Shown one piece after another: positions 44,223 to 53,366 of a DNA stretch of 64,000 nucleotides; position 1 is the stretch's first letter, and every line of letters starts with the position of its first letter. The stretch covers positions 3,096 to 67,095 of the forward strand of contig JBBRPA010000013.1 in assembly GCA_038228695.1 (NCBI GenBank), given 5' to 3'. Made by a program: the position numbers and the translations under genes. The DNA comes from Chthoniobacterales bacterium (GTDB taxonomy: Bacteria > Verrucomicrobiota > Verrucomicrobiia > Chthoniobacterales > DASVRZ01). Under the pieces are notes generated by a model that was not told the origin of the DNA, ran no database searches, and was given only the letters and a program-made list of their open reading frames with translations.

Positions 44223-45077
44223 TTATGAAGCTCCCGGTGTCAAGGATAGTGCTCCGGCTAGGCAGATACTTTCCAAGGCGCGGGAAATTTCGACCTCTTG
44301 GCGTTTGCGGTTCAGGAAAAAACTAACCTTGCTGTAGCCCGCTGCCTGCAAAAGACCCAGCGCGGCCGGATACTCCGCCCCGACGCGATCCGGACGATGA
44401 GCGTCCGCTCCGATCACGACCGGGATTTGGCGTAGCGCCATTTCCGCGAGAATCTCGGGACCAGGATTCATCTCGGGAATCGTTTTGAGCAGACCGGAGG
44501 TGTTCAGTTCCATCGCGCAGCCGGTGACGGCGATGCGGTCGAGAGCGCGTTGGATATCCGGCAGAATCCGTTCGATCTGCCATTCCTTTGACGACTCGTT
44601 TTTGACGAGATCCGGATGAGAAATCGTGTCAAAAAGTCCGGTCTCAGCCGCGAGCGCGAGGTGGTCGAAATACGTTTGCTGATACGCAAACCACGAACCT
44701 GTGAAAAACCGCCCGCGATATTCCTTCACCTGCGTGTGCACCGAACCCAGGACGTGATGAAACTCCGCACGTTGGAGCAGTTTTTCGACATCGGATTCGA
44801 GGCCGGGCGCAAAATCGCACTCGATCCCAAGACGGACATCGACCCGTCCTTGCCAAGCATCCCGAGCCTGCGCGACGAGTGCCAGATAGTCCTCAAATTG
44901 ATCCTCCCGCATTCGGACGTGCGCCGAGTAACCATGCGGAATCGGATTATGGCAGGTCACGATGATGCCACGGAGATTTTTCCGCTCCGCTTCGGCCGCA
45001 TACTCACCTGGTTCCCCGAAGGCATGCTTACACAACGGCGTGTGCATGTGGCTTTCGTAAAGAAGCGGTTCGGGCAT
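44223..45077 (-). CDS. Histidinol-phosphatase, PHP (HisJ) family
   Basis: LYESHMHTPLCKHA PHP N-terminal His cluster, VLGSVH, IGADAH; 284 aa. Confidence 0.85.
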   Translation of the reverse strand: MPEPLLYESHMHTPLCKHAFGEPGEYAAEAERKNLRGIIVTCHNPIPHGYSAHVRMREDQFEDYLALVAQARDAWQGRVDVRLGIECDFAPGLESDVEKLLQRAEFHHVLGSVHTQVKEYRGRFFTGSWFAYQQTYFDHLALAAETGLFDTISHPDLVKNESSKEWQIERILPDIQRALDRIAVTGCAMELNTSGLLKTIPEMNPGPEILAEMALRQIPVVIGADAHRPDRVGAEYPAALGLLQAAGYSKVSFFLNRKRQEVEISRALESICLAGALSLTPGAS

Positions 45078-45091
45078 GGAAGGGCTATTTT

Positions 45092-45230
45092 AACCTCGAA
45101 TGGACACGAATAAACACGAATAGAAGAAGAAATAAGCCAAAAACGAGATCGATTTGGGTCTGACTCGAAGGCCAACAATCAGTTTAACTCCCCTTTTTAA
45201 ATTTGTGTCCATTCGTGTCCATTCGTGGTT
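45092..45230. mobile_element. Cargo-less copy of the ACGAATGGAC inverted-repeat element (139 bp)
   Basis: Left arm 45092-45121 is AACCTCGAATGGACACGAATAAACACGAAT (3 mismatches to the canonical arm). Right arm 45201-45230 is ATTTGTGTCCATTCGTGTCCATTCGTGGTT (1 mismatch). The 79-bp interior has no ORF. Confidence 0.6.
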
Positions 45231-45236
45231 AAAAAA

Positions 45237-46958
45237 TCACAAATCCAAGTCGGTCACCGCTCCGAGCGAAGCGGTGCTAACCATCTTCGCGTATTTGGCG
45301 AGGACACCTTTTTTGTAACGCGGCGCAGGTGCCTTCCAGTTCGCGCGCCGTTTTGCCAGTTCCTCGTCGGAGATGTTCACGTTAATCTCGCGCGTCTCCG
45401 CGTCGATCGTGATCCTGTCGCCGTTTTCGATCAGCGCGATATTGCCTCCGACATACGCCTCGGGCGTCACATGGCCGACCACGAAACCGTGACTACCACC
45501 AGAAAAACGTCCATCGGTTAGGAGCGCGACGGTTTTGCCGAGACCACGGCCCATCACAGCGGAAGTCGGCCCGAGCATTTCGCGCATCCCGGGACCACCC
45601 TTTGGCCCTTCGTAGCGAATCACGATCACATCACCCGCAACCACGGTTCCATCGAGAATACTCTGCATACCCGCTTCCTCGCTTTCAAAAACCCGGGCCG
45701 TCCCAGTGAAGAGCAATCCTTCCTTGCCAGAGATTTTCGCCACCGCGCCCTCAGTCGCAAGATTCCCATAGAGAATAACGAGGTGACTGTCCTTCTTGAT
45801 CGGGTCGCTGAGGGGCCGGATGATCGTTTGCCCTTCGGGATAAGGCGCGACATTGGCGAGATTTTCGGCCACGGTTTTGCCCGTCACGGTTAGGCAATCG
45901 CCGTGCAACAGACCCGCGTCGAGCAGAGTTTTCATGAGCGGCGTAATGCCCCCGATGGCGGCCAGTTGCGACATGAGATATTTCCCACTTGGCTTCAAGT
46001 CTGCGAGCACCGGAACGCGCTTCCCGATTTCGGTGAAGTCGTCGATCTTCAGCGCGACACCTGCCGAATGCGCCATCGCTAGCAAATGCATGACCGCATT
46101 GGTCGAGCCACCAAGGGAAATGACCACCGTGATCGCATTCTCAAACGCTTTCCGCGTCATAATGTCGAGCGGACGGATGCCGCGTTTCAGCAACTCCACC
46201 ACGGCCGCCCCTGCATTCGCGCAATCGGCCATTTTCGCTGGAGAAATCGCCGCCTGCGCCGAGCTGTTGGGCAAGCTCATGCCGAGCGCCTCAATCGCCG
46301 AGGCCATCGTGTTCGCTGTATACATACCGCCGCAGGAACCCGCGCCCGGAATCGCTTTCGACTCAATCTCATGGAACTCCTCGCGCGTGATTTTGCCATT
46401 CGCATGCGCACCGACCGCCTCGAAGACCGACACCACGTCGAGCAGACGCTCCGTCTTTTGCCCCTCCAAAATCCCGGTGATGCAACCCGGTAAAATCGTG
46501 CCGCCATAGACGAAGACCGCCGGACGATTCAACCGCGCCATCGCCATGATGCAGGCCGGCATATTCTTATCGCAACCACCCACCGCCACCACCCCGTCAA
46601 AGCCTTCGCAGCCCACCACCGTCTCGATGCTGTCGGCGATGACCTCGCGCGACACCAGCGAATATTTCATCCCCTCCGTCCCCATTGAGATCCCGTCGGA
46701 GATCGTGATCGTATTAAAAATAACCGATTTCCCACCTGCCGCATCGACGCCTTTACCGGCTTCGATGGCTAGCTTGTCGATATGCATGTTGCAGGGCGTC
46801 ACCATGCTCCAAGTCGAGGCGATGCCGATCTGCGACTTTGCAAAATCCTCCTGCTTGAAGCCGACTGCGTAAAGCATGGCGCGCGACGGGGCGCGTTGAT
46901 CGCCATCGAGCATGACGGAAGAATGGGGACGTGGAGAGGTGTTTTTCGGGTCGGACAT
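45237..46958 (-). CDS. ilvD: Dihydroxy-acid dehydratase
   Basis: [41 protein letters not shown] motifs. Start taken at MSDPKNTS (46958). Confidence 0.93.
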   Translation of the reverse strand: MSDPKNTSPRPHSSVMLDGDQRAPSRAMLYAVGFKQEDFAKSQIGIASTWSMVTPCNMHIDKLAIEAGKGVDAAGGKSVIFNTITISDGISMGTEGMKYSLVSREVIADSIETVVGCEGFDGVVAVGGCDKNMPACIMAMARLNRPAVFVYGGTILPGCITGILEGQKTERLLDVVSVFEAVGAHANGKITREEFHEIESKAIPGAGSCGGMYTANTMASAIEALGMSLPNSSAQAAISPAKMADCANAGAAVVELLKRGIRPLDIMTRKAFENAITVVISLGGSTNAVMHLLAMAHSAGVALKIDDFTEIGKRVPVLADLKPSGKYLMSQLAAIGGITPLMKTLLDAGLLHGDCLTVTGKTVAENLANVAPYPEGQTIIRPLSDPIKKDSHLVILYGNLATEGAVAKISGKEGLLFTGTARVFESEEAGMQSILDGTVVAGDVIVIRYEGPKGGPGMREMLGPTSAVMGRGLGKTVALLTDGRFSGGSHGFVVGHVTPEAYVGGNIALIENGDRITIDAETREINVNISDEELAKRRANWKAPAPRYKKGVLAKYAKMVSTASLGAVTDLDL

Positions 46959-47237
46959 AGGAAAGAAAGGTGTAAATCGCGCCACGAATTATGGCAAATG
47001 GGAAATGGCTATCCGAGCTTGAGCCCATTGTTACCAAACCGGAGTTTCCGAAGGAGGGATAATGGCGAATTACCGATGCTGTTGGTAGGTGGCTTCCGCT
47101 TGAAAGCCGATAACATCGACGGTTCCGGCGATTTCATTTTGAAGGAGGGGCCCGTGTTTTCCACCATCCGCGTGTCTTCCGGTTGCGCGGCACGCTCTTT
47201 TATCAAACCACCGTTCGAGTGAACTGTGGAATCTCGT

Positions 47238-47519
47238 TTATTCCCCAAGCCGGGTTTGGAAAACTTCGTAAATCCATTGGCGCGGCCCCGCGAAGATGCA
47301 GGTGGTGGTCGGGATGCCTTCGATCATTTCATACTCGAAAATGACGCGGTGCGACCCGACCCGAAGCCGATGGAAGCCCTCCAGATTGTCGACGAGGGAT
47401 TTGATGTCGCCACGTTCTCTAGCCAAGCCTTTGATCGCCAGAGAGAGGGCGCGCCGGGGTTGGGGAGGCAGCGTGCGCAGGTAGTCGAACACGGCCTGTT
47501 GCAGCCGCACCCGCCTCAT
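47238..47519 (-). CDS. RelE/ParE-family type II toxin
   Basis: 93 aa; ...FHRLRVGSHRVIFEYE... core. The start overlaps the antitoxin stop by 4 nt. Confidence 0.85.
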   Translation of the reverse strand: MRRVRLQQAVFDYLRTLPPQPRRALSLAIKGLARERGDIKSLVDNLEGFHRLRVGSHRVIFEYEMIEGIPTTTCIFAGPRQWIYEVFQTRLGE

Positions 47520-47764
47520 AGGGTGTCGAGCACGGAGACGTCGTGGTAGATGCCGCGTCCTTCGCGATGGGCGCGGATGGCTTTCATGGCCTCGGGATCA
47601 GCGAGGATTTCCATGGTCTCAGCGATCGCTTCCAATCTCTCGATCGAAAGCATCACCGCGACGGCTTTTCCCTGCTTGGTAATGGTGACGGGATGATCGG
47701 CGACTTCTTGGACAACGATCGAGAATTTTTGCTGCGCGTTTTTGATGGTGTAGGAATCGGGCAC
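47516..47764 (-). CDS. Phd/YefM-family type II antitoxin
   Basis: 82 aa; NAQQKFSIVVQEVADHPVTITKQGKAVAVMLSIERLEAI, a typical Phd/YefM N-terminal domain. Confidence 0.85.
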   Translation of the reverse strand: MPDSYTIKNAQQKFSIVVQEVADHPVTITKQGKAVAVMLSIERLEAIAETMEILADPEAMKAIRAHREGRGIYHDVSVLDTL

Positions 47765-47789
47765 GCTTGCTATGTATGCCCTTTTTTCG

Positions 47790-47824
47790 GAAAAAGGAAG
47801 AGATATTAGAGGCTCTTCCCTTTT
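47790..47824 (-). terminator. Candidate intrinsic terminator after leuA, which may overlap the toxin-antitoxin promoter
   Basis: The minus strand reads GGGAAGAG-cctctaatat-CTCTTCC-TTTTT. Confidence 0.5.
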
Positions 47825-47872
47825 GGGGTCAGGCCAACGTAGAGCCTGTCGCTCGATGGGGCTTACACGCGG

Positions 47873-49573
47873 TTAAAGTCGATTGAGGGCGCTGAGGATG
47901 GCTTGGATGCTAGCTAGTTCGATGTTAGTGTTTTCGGCAGCACCCCATTTGGTCTGGCCGTTTTCTAACTTGATTTGAATGTAGGCGATCGCGCTGCTGT
48001 CGCTGCCGCTGCTGAGGGCGTGCTCTTTGTAGTAGGCGACAGAAAATGAGGGGACGCCCGCTTTAACGAGCGCATCCACAAACGCAGCGATCGGGCCGTT
48101 GCCTTCGCCAGTGAGGGCGAGAGGTTGGCCGTTTCTTAAGACAGAGGCGCGGCAATGGAAAGTGCCAGCGGTGCCGTCGGCGTGGAAATGAACGAGCGAC
48201 CACGGCGTTTCCGTTTCGATGTATTCCTTCCAAAACATACCGCGCAATTCGGCGGCGGTGACTTCGCGGCCAAGCGCATCGACGGCGTCGTTGGCGATGG
48301 GGCCAAATTCGCGTTGCATGTCTTTTGGAAGTTCGATCCCGTATTCAGCTTCTAACAAATAAGCGACGCCGCCTTTGCCGCTCTGGCTGTTGACGCGAAT
48401 GACTTCGCGGTATTCGCGTCCGATGTCGGCGGGGTCAATAGTTAGATAAGGCACATCCCAAGTTTCGCGGCTCTTGTTTTCCGCTTTGGTTTCCCATTCG
48501 GCGAGGCCTTTTTTAATGGCGTCCTGATGTGAGCCACTGAAGGCAGTGAAAACGAGTTCGCCGGCGTAGGGATGACGCGGGGGAACAGTCATGCCCGTGG
48601 TGCGTTCGTAAACGGAGATGAGTTCGCTGATGTTAGTAAAATCGAGGCCGGGATGGATGCCGTGCATGTAGAGGTTGAGCGCGACCGTGACGATGTCGAG
48701 GTTGCCGGTGCGTTCGCCGTTTCCAAAGAGGGTGCCTTCGACGCGGTCGGCGCCGGCAAGCAAGCTCAACTCGGTGGCCGCAACGCCGGTGCCGCGGTCG
48801 TTGTGGGTATGTAGGCTGAGCGTGACGCTGTCGCGACGATGGATGTGGCGCGACATCCATTCGATTTGGTCGGCGTGAATGTTAGGCGTCATAGCCTCGA
48901 CTGTGTTAGGCAGGTTGAGGATCATTTTGTGATCCGGCGTCGGCTGCCAGAGATCGATGACGGCGTTTGAGATTTCCAAAGCGAAGTCGAGTTCGGTGAG
49001 CGAAAAAGATTCGGGCGAATATTGCAGACGGACGTTAGTTCCGCCATTTCCCTGAAGGCGCGGGAGGCGATCGAGGATCCATTGGGCACCTTGCAACGCG
49101 ATCGATTTGATTTCCTCACGCGATTTGCCGAAGACGACGCGGCGCTGGGCGGGCGAGGTGCTGTTGTAGAGATGGATGATGACGTTTTTCGCGCCAACGA
49201 GGGATTCGACGGTGCGTTCGATGAGGTCCTCGCGGCATTGGACGAGGCATTGGATGGTGACATCATCGGGGATACGGTTTTCCTCGATGAGCCGACGGTT
49301 GAAGGCGAACTCGGTGTTGGAGGCGCTGGGGAAGCCGATTTCGATTTCTTTGAATCCGCAGCGAACGAGGGCGTCGAAGAGTTCGAGCTTCTGGGAGACG
49401 TTCATCGGGACGGCGAGGGCTTGGTTGCCGTCGCGAAGATCCACGCTGCACCAGATGGGCGGCGCGACTAGGGTGCGCGAGGGCCATTGGCGATCAGGCA
49501 AAGGGACAGGCGCGGAGGATCGGTATTTTACGGATGGATTGGGCAACATGGTGGAGAAAGATAGGGTAGGCAT
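47873..49573 (-). CDS. leuA: 2-isopropylmalate synthase (long, actinobacterial-type LeuA)
   Basis: LPDRQWPS..PIWCSVDLRDGNQAL, HTHNDRGTGVA, C-terminal regulatory domain; 566 aa. Confidence 0.93.
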   Translation of the reverse strand: MPTLSFSTMLPNPSVKYRSSAPVPLPDRQWPSRTLVAPPIWCSVDLRDGNQALAVPMNVSQKLELFDALVRCGFKEIEIGFPSASNTEFAFNRRLIEENRIPDDVTIQCLVQCREDLIERTVESLVGAKNVIIHLYNSTSPAQRRVVFGKSREEIKSIALQGAQWILDRLPRLQGNGGTNVRLQYSPESFSLTELDFALEISNAVIDLWQPTPDHKMILNLPNTVEAMTPNIHADQIEWMSRHIHRRDSVTLSLHTHNDRGTGVAATELSLLAGADRVEGTLFGNGERTGNLDIVTVALNLYMHGIHPGLDFTNISELISVYERTTGMTVPPRHPYAGELVFTAFSGSHQDAIKKGLAEWETKAENKSRETWDVPYLTIDPADIGREYREVIRVNSQSGKGGVAYLLEAEYGIELPKDMQREFGPIANDAVDALGREVTAAELRGMFWKEYIETETPWSLVHFHADGTAGTFHCRASVLRNGQPLALTGEGNGPIAAFVDALVKAGVPSFSVAYYKEHALSSGSDSSAIAYIQIKLENGQTKWGAAENTNIELASIQAILSALNRL

Positions 49574-49590
49574 CTTAGCACAAGGGAAAG

Positions 49591-49626
49591 ATAGGTCCTA
49601 TAGGACTTATGGGACCTATATAAGGT
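49591..49626. repeat. Degenerate 9-bp tandem repeat (ATAGGNCYT, ~3.5 copies)
   Basis: ATAGGTCCT ATAGGACTT ATGGGACCT ATATAAGGT fills most of the 42-bp ybeY-leuA spacer. Confidence 0.6.
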
Positions 49627-50074
49627 GTAGCTGTGCGAAGATTTCGCTCTGCACCCGGTGCATTTCTTCGTGTTCGTCCGGCGAGGTGTCGTCGTAGCCA
49701 CGGAGATGAAGCAGACCGTGGAGGATGTAGAGAGCGATTTCTTCTTGCGGAGTGTGATCAAATTCGGAGGCGTGGCTGGCAGCGGTCTCGGTGCTAATAA
49801 GAATCTCGCCGTGCTCGAAGGTGAGGACGTCGGTTGGGCCTGCAATGTCCATGAATTCGACGTGAAAATAGGCCATGGCTTTGTCGGAGATCAGCGCGAC
49901 GGAGACCTCGTCGAGGTAGGGCAAGACGTCGCCGGGCTGGGGAGCGATATTCATCACGGCAACGACCGCGCGGGAGGCAAAGTCTTTTAGCCCGGGGAGA
50001 TCGACCGGGACCCGACGCTGGCGGTTTTGCAAAACCACCACGGGTTTTTCGCGCAGAGCAGGCACGGCGGGCAC
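49616..50074 (-). CDS. ybeY: rRNA maturation endoribonuclease YbeY
   Basis: HGLLHLRGYDD metal-binding motif; 152 aa. Last gene of the phoH/HD-hydrolase/ybeY string. Confidence 0.9.
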   Translation of the reverse strand: MPAVPALREKPVVVLQNRQRRVPVDLPGLKDFASRAVVAVMNIAPQPGDVLPYLDEVSVALISDKAMAYFHVEFMDIAGPTDVLTFEHGEILISTETAASHASEFDHTPQEEIALYILHGLLHLRGYDDTSPDEHEEMHRVQSEIFAQLHLI

Positions 50075-50085
50075 GGAGAAAAAAG

Positions 50086-51702
50086 TTAGGCCGCCGCGGC
50101 GGATTTCTTGTCGTCGAGATTGGCGATGTCTTTCTCTGCGCGCGGCTCGTCCTTGCTGTCCTTGGGATAGGCGATGCGGGTGTGGAGGATGTTTTTCAGC
50201 GAGAAGCGGAAGCTTTCGCCGATGATGCGGATTTCGCGGAGAGTCAGATCGCAGTCATCGAGTTGGCCGTCCGCGATGCGGGCGTCGATAATGTCGTTGA
50301 CGAGCTGCTCGATCCGTTGCGGCGTGGGTTTGTTCAGGCTGCGGGAGGCGCTCTCAACAGCATCGGCGAGGCTGATGATTCCGGCCTCTTTAAATTGCGG
50401 GATGGGGCCGGGGTAGCGGAAGCTTTCCTGCCGGACTTCGGGGATGTCTTCCTCGCGCATGTTCATGATCTTGCCCCCGGCTCGGGTGTCCTCTTGCTGC
50501 TGCTGAGCGCGCTTGTAGAAATAGGAAACCAACGAATTGCCGTGATGCTGCTGGATGACGTCGAGGATCTGGTGGTTCAGCTTGTGCTTGAGCGCGAGAT
50601 CGACGCCCTCTTTGACGTGGGCGATGATAATGAGGGCGCTCATGGTTGGCGCGAGGTCGTCGTGCGGGTTGCGATCCTCGTTGATGTTCTCGGTGAAATA
50701 CTCGGGTTTGACGAGTTTACCGACGTCATGAAAATAAGCGCAGACCCGACAGAGAGTAGCATTGGCCTTCACCTTCTCTGCAGCGGCCTCAGCGAGACTG
50801 GCCACCATCAGACTATGATGATAGGTGCCCGGTGCCTCGGTCGAGAGACGGCGCAAGAGCGGGTGATTGAGATCGGCGATTTCCAGCCAGGAGATGTCGG
50901 TGGTAATTCCGAATGGCGTTTCCAAAAGAGGCAACGCGCCGCCCACGAGCACGGCGGTGATCATTCCGCTGCCGATCGCCGCAAGTGTCTGCCAGCCGAA
51001 AAGGTTCCAATCGGTGCTAGGCAGATCCATCAAATTCAGGGTGATCAATCCGAAGCTAAGGGCGAGTAACCACGTGGCGACTCCGACGTAAAAACCGGCG
51101 CGCAACAACCGACTGCGACGCCGCACTTGGAGCGTGACGAAGACGGAGATGAATCCGCTAATCAGGCTCAACACGAGAATGAAAGCGTCGATTCCGCGGA
51201 AGAGAATGGAAGTTAGCAAACTAACAAAAACTGCGGCAAACAGCCCCAGATTCCGACCGAGCAGCACCGAGATCACGAGCGGTGCGAACGAATAAGGAAT
51301 GAGCAGAATCGGCACGACTTTCCAAAGGACGCTGTCGTTCGTTTTAGAGATTTCAAAGCACACCTGCATCACCAGTTTGCAAACGGTCAAGTGCGCGAGG
51401 ATGACGCCAAAAATCAGCAGCACCCGGCCGTTGCTCCGGAAGGTCTCAGGATGTCCGATCCAAAGCTGCGCGATGGCCGTGCTGAGAATAAGCAGGCTAA
51501 TCAGAAAAAATTGCGCGGGCGACTGTTGCTGTCCGTAGAAAATCAGGCTAGCGAGGCCGCCAATGAAAAGGCCGAGGATGATCATTTTCACCCATGGGTC
51601 GGTAGCGAGCGTTTGGCGGAATTCGCTAGTCGTCTTCTGGCGACGCGTCTTGGCCGAGGACAACCCTTGCTTAATCAGTTTTTTCTTGGCGAATCCAAAC
51701 AT
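50086..51702 (-). CDS. 7TM-HD (HDIG) membrane phosphohydrolase, PgpH-like
   Basis: Multiple TM segments followed by HHSLMVA...YFHDVGK HD domain. Start at MFGFAKKK, 8 nt after the phoH stop. Confidence 0.85.
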   Translation of the reverse strand: MFGFAKKKLIKQGLSSAKTRRQKTTSEFRQTLATDPWVKMIILGLFIGGLASLIFYGQQQSPAQFFLISLLILSTAIAQLWIGHPETFRSNGRVLLIFGVILAHLTVCKLVMQVCFEISKTNDSVLWKVVPILLIPYSFAPLVISVLLGRNLGLFAAVFVSLLTSILFRGIDAFILVLSLISGFISVFVTLQVRRRSRLLRAGFYVGVATWLLALSFGLITLNLMDLPSTDWNLFGWQTLAAIGSGMITAVLVGGALPLLETPFGITTDISWLEIADLNHPLLRRLSTEAPGTYHHSLMVASLAEAAAEKVKANATLCRVCAYFHDVGKLVKPEYFTENINEDRNPHDDLAPTMSALIIIAHVKEGVDLALKHKLNHQILDVIQQHHGNSLVSYFYKRAQQQQEDTRAGGKIMNMREEDIPEVRQESFRYPGPIPQFKEAGIISLADAVESASRSLNKPTPQRIEQLVNDIIDARIADGQLDDCDLTLREIRIIGESFRFSLKNILHTRIAYPKDSKDEPRAEKDIANLDDKKSAAAA

Positions 51703-51712
51703 CGTAAAAAAG

Positions 51713-52687
51713 TTAGACCGTGCGTTCGGGATGGGCGTCGCGGAATTTTTTGTAGGCGCCAATAATGGACCGAACGAGCTCGTGACGCACGACATCGCGC
51801 TCCTCGAAAGTGATGAATCCGATCCCGGGCACTTTTGCGAGCGCGTCGCCGGCTTCGATCAGGCCGGATTTTTTATTGCGCGGCAGATCGATCTGCGTTC
51901 GGTCGCCGGTAACGACGCAACGCGACTCAGGTCCGAGTCGAGTTAGAAACATAAACATCTGCTCCGTGGTCGTGTTTTGAGCCTCGTCCAAAATGACAAA
52001 CGCGTCCTGCAACGTTCGCCCGCGCATGTAAGCGAGCGGAGCGATTTCAATCACGCCGCGCTCGGTATAGCGCTCGATTTCCTCCGGCTCGAGCATGTCG
52101 TAGAGGGCGTCGTAGAGCGGGCGGAGGTAGGGTAGGATTTTGTCGTTCAGATCACCCGGAAGGAACCCGAGCGCCTCGCCCGCTTCGACAGCCGGGCGGG
52201 TGAGAATGATGCGGCGAACTTTTTCCTGTTTGAGCGCGGAGATGGCGAGGGCCATCGCAAGATAGGTCTTGCCAGTGCCAGCGGGACCGAGGCCGAAGGT
52301 TAGATCGTGATCGAGAATAGTCTGGACGTAGCGTTTCTGGCTAGCGGTGCGGGCAATGATCGGGGGCTTGCGGACGGAGCATTGGATTTTGATCGAGGCC
52401 AGTTGCGAGAGCGATTCGCTAGACCCGTCGAGGACGGAGTTGAGCGCGTAGAGAAACTCTTGGCGGCGAATCGGCGTGCCTTTTTTATGGGCGTCCTCCA
52501 ATTGCCCAAGGAGCGATTTCGCATGCGCCACCGAGGCATCGTCGCCCTCGAAGCGGATCCAGCCATCGCGAGTGGTAACGGAGACGGCGAGTGATTCCTC
52601 AAGCTTTTTCAGCAAACGCGGATCGTTCGCATAGAGCGATTGAAGCGTCCGGGCGCTGTCGAATTCGATGGTTTCCGTGGCTGGCAT
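51713..52687 (-). CDS. phoH: PhoH-family ATPase
   Basis: GPAGTGKTYLAMA Walker A, ILDEAQN; 324 aa. Confidence 0.9.
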   Translation of the reverse strand: MPATETIEFDSARTLQSLYANDPRLLKKLEESLAVSVTTRDGWIRFEGDDASVAHAKSLLGQLEDAHKKGTPIRRQEFLYALNSVLDGSSESLSQLASIKIQCSVRKPPIIARTASQKRYVQTILDHDLTFGLGPAGTGKTYLAMALAISALKQEKVRRIILTRPAVEAGEALGFLPGDLNDKILPYLRPLYDALYDMLEPEEIERYTERGVIEIAPLAYMRGRTLQDAFVILDEAQNTTTEQMFMFLTRLGPESRCVVTGDRTQIDLPRNKKSGLIEAGDALAKVPGIGFITFEERDVVRHELVRSIIGAYKKFRDAHPERTV

Positions 52688-52766
52688 GTGTGGCTAAAGC
52701 CTCGGAAGTTTAGCAGCGAACGCGGTTTTTACAAAAGCGTAAACTTTTAGGGTCGGACTGCCCTGC

Positions 52767-53354
52767 CTACGCGGTTTTTTTCAAAACGAAACGCTGACTG
52801 AATTTTCCGCTATTGTGGGCCCGACAGCACTTCAGGCAGGCCACGGTACGCCGGATGGGTCGGACCCGTGGATAAACCGCGCGGCAATGGACGCATTCGT
52901 AAAAGTGTTTCCGGGCTATTTTCCGCCGGGGAAGTGGCAGATCGTGGCAGCGCGTTTCGTCGCGCAAGCCAAGATCGCGGCACGCCTGTTGCCATTCCAC
53001 GCCATGCGGCGCAATTCGACGCCGGCGATGCCGGGAGTGGGCCAATAAATGGGCCAACTCGTGCCGCAGCGTGCGATCCACTTCCGCTGCGCTAAAATCC
53101 AGCAAACGCGGGTTGAGCATAACGATATTTTCCCGGTAATGAGCCAAGCCTACGGTGGTCGTAAGTCGCGAATTCCAAACCACTTGCACTTTTCCTGCCA
53201 CCTCGGCGGCTCCTGCTTGGACCAAGAGCGTCGCTGACCGCGAAATCAGCGCTTCATCGGGTCGAAGCCCGTTTCGGCTGTTGCTTTTGGGGGCCGGATT
53301 CCTGAACAGGTCAAGGAAGAGTTGGCCCGCCTGCTTGATGCTCTTTTTGACCAT
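52767..53354 (-). CDS. SprT-like zinc metalloprotease domain protein
   Basis: HELAHLLAH (HExxH) plus a C-terminal Cys4 ribbon (CVHC...CLKC). Confidence 0.75.
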   Translation of the reverse strand: MVKKSIKQAGQLFLDLFRNPAPKSNSRNGLRPDEALISRSATLLVQAGAAEVAGKVQVVWNSRLTTTVGLAHYRENIVMLNPRLLDFSAAEVDRTLRHELAHLLAHSRHRRRRIAPHGVEWQQACRDLGLRDETRCHDLPLPRRKIARKHFYECVHCRAVYPRVRPIRRTVACLKCCRAHNSGKFSQRFVLKKTA

Positions 53355-53366
53355 GGCAAGTGTTCT

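Noticed and set aside
46959-47237. 280-bp gap upstream of ilvD, examined for an Ile/Val/Leu-rich attenuator leader peptide or a T-box.
   Set aside because: Minus-strand short ORFs here (for example MKSPEPSMLSAFKRK...) are not enriched in branched-chain codons, and no terminator/antiterminator pair was evident. The gap remains unexplained but carries no supportable feature.
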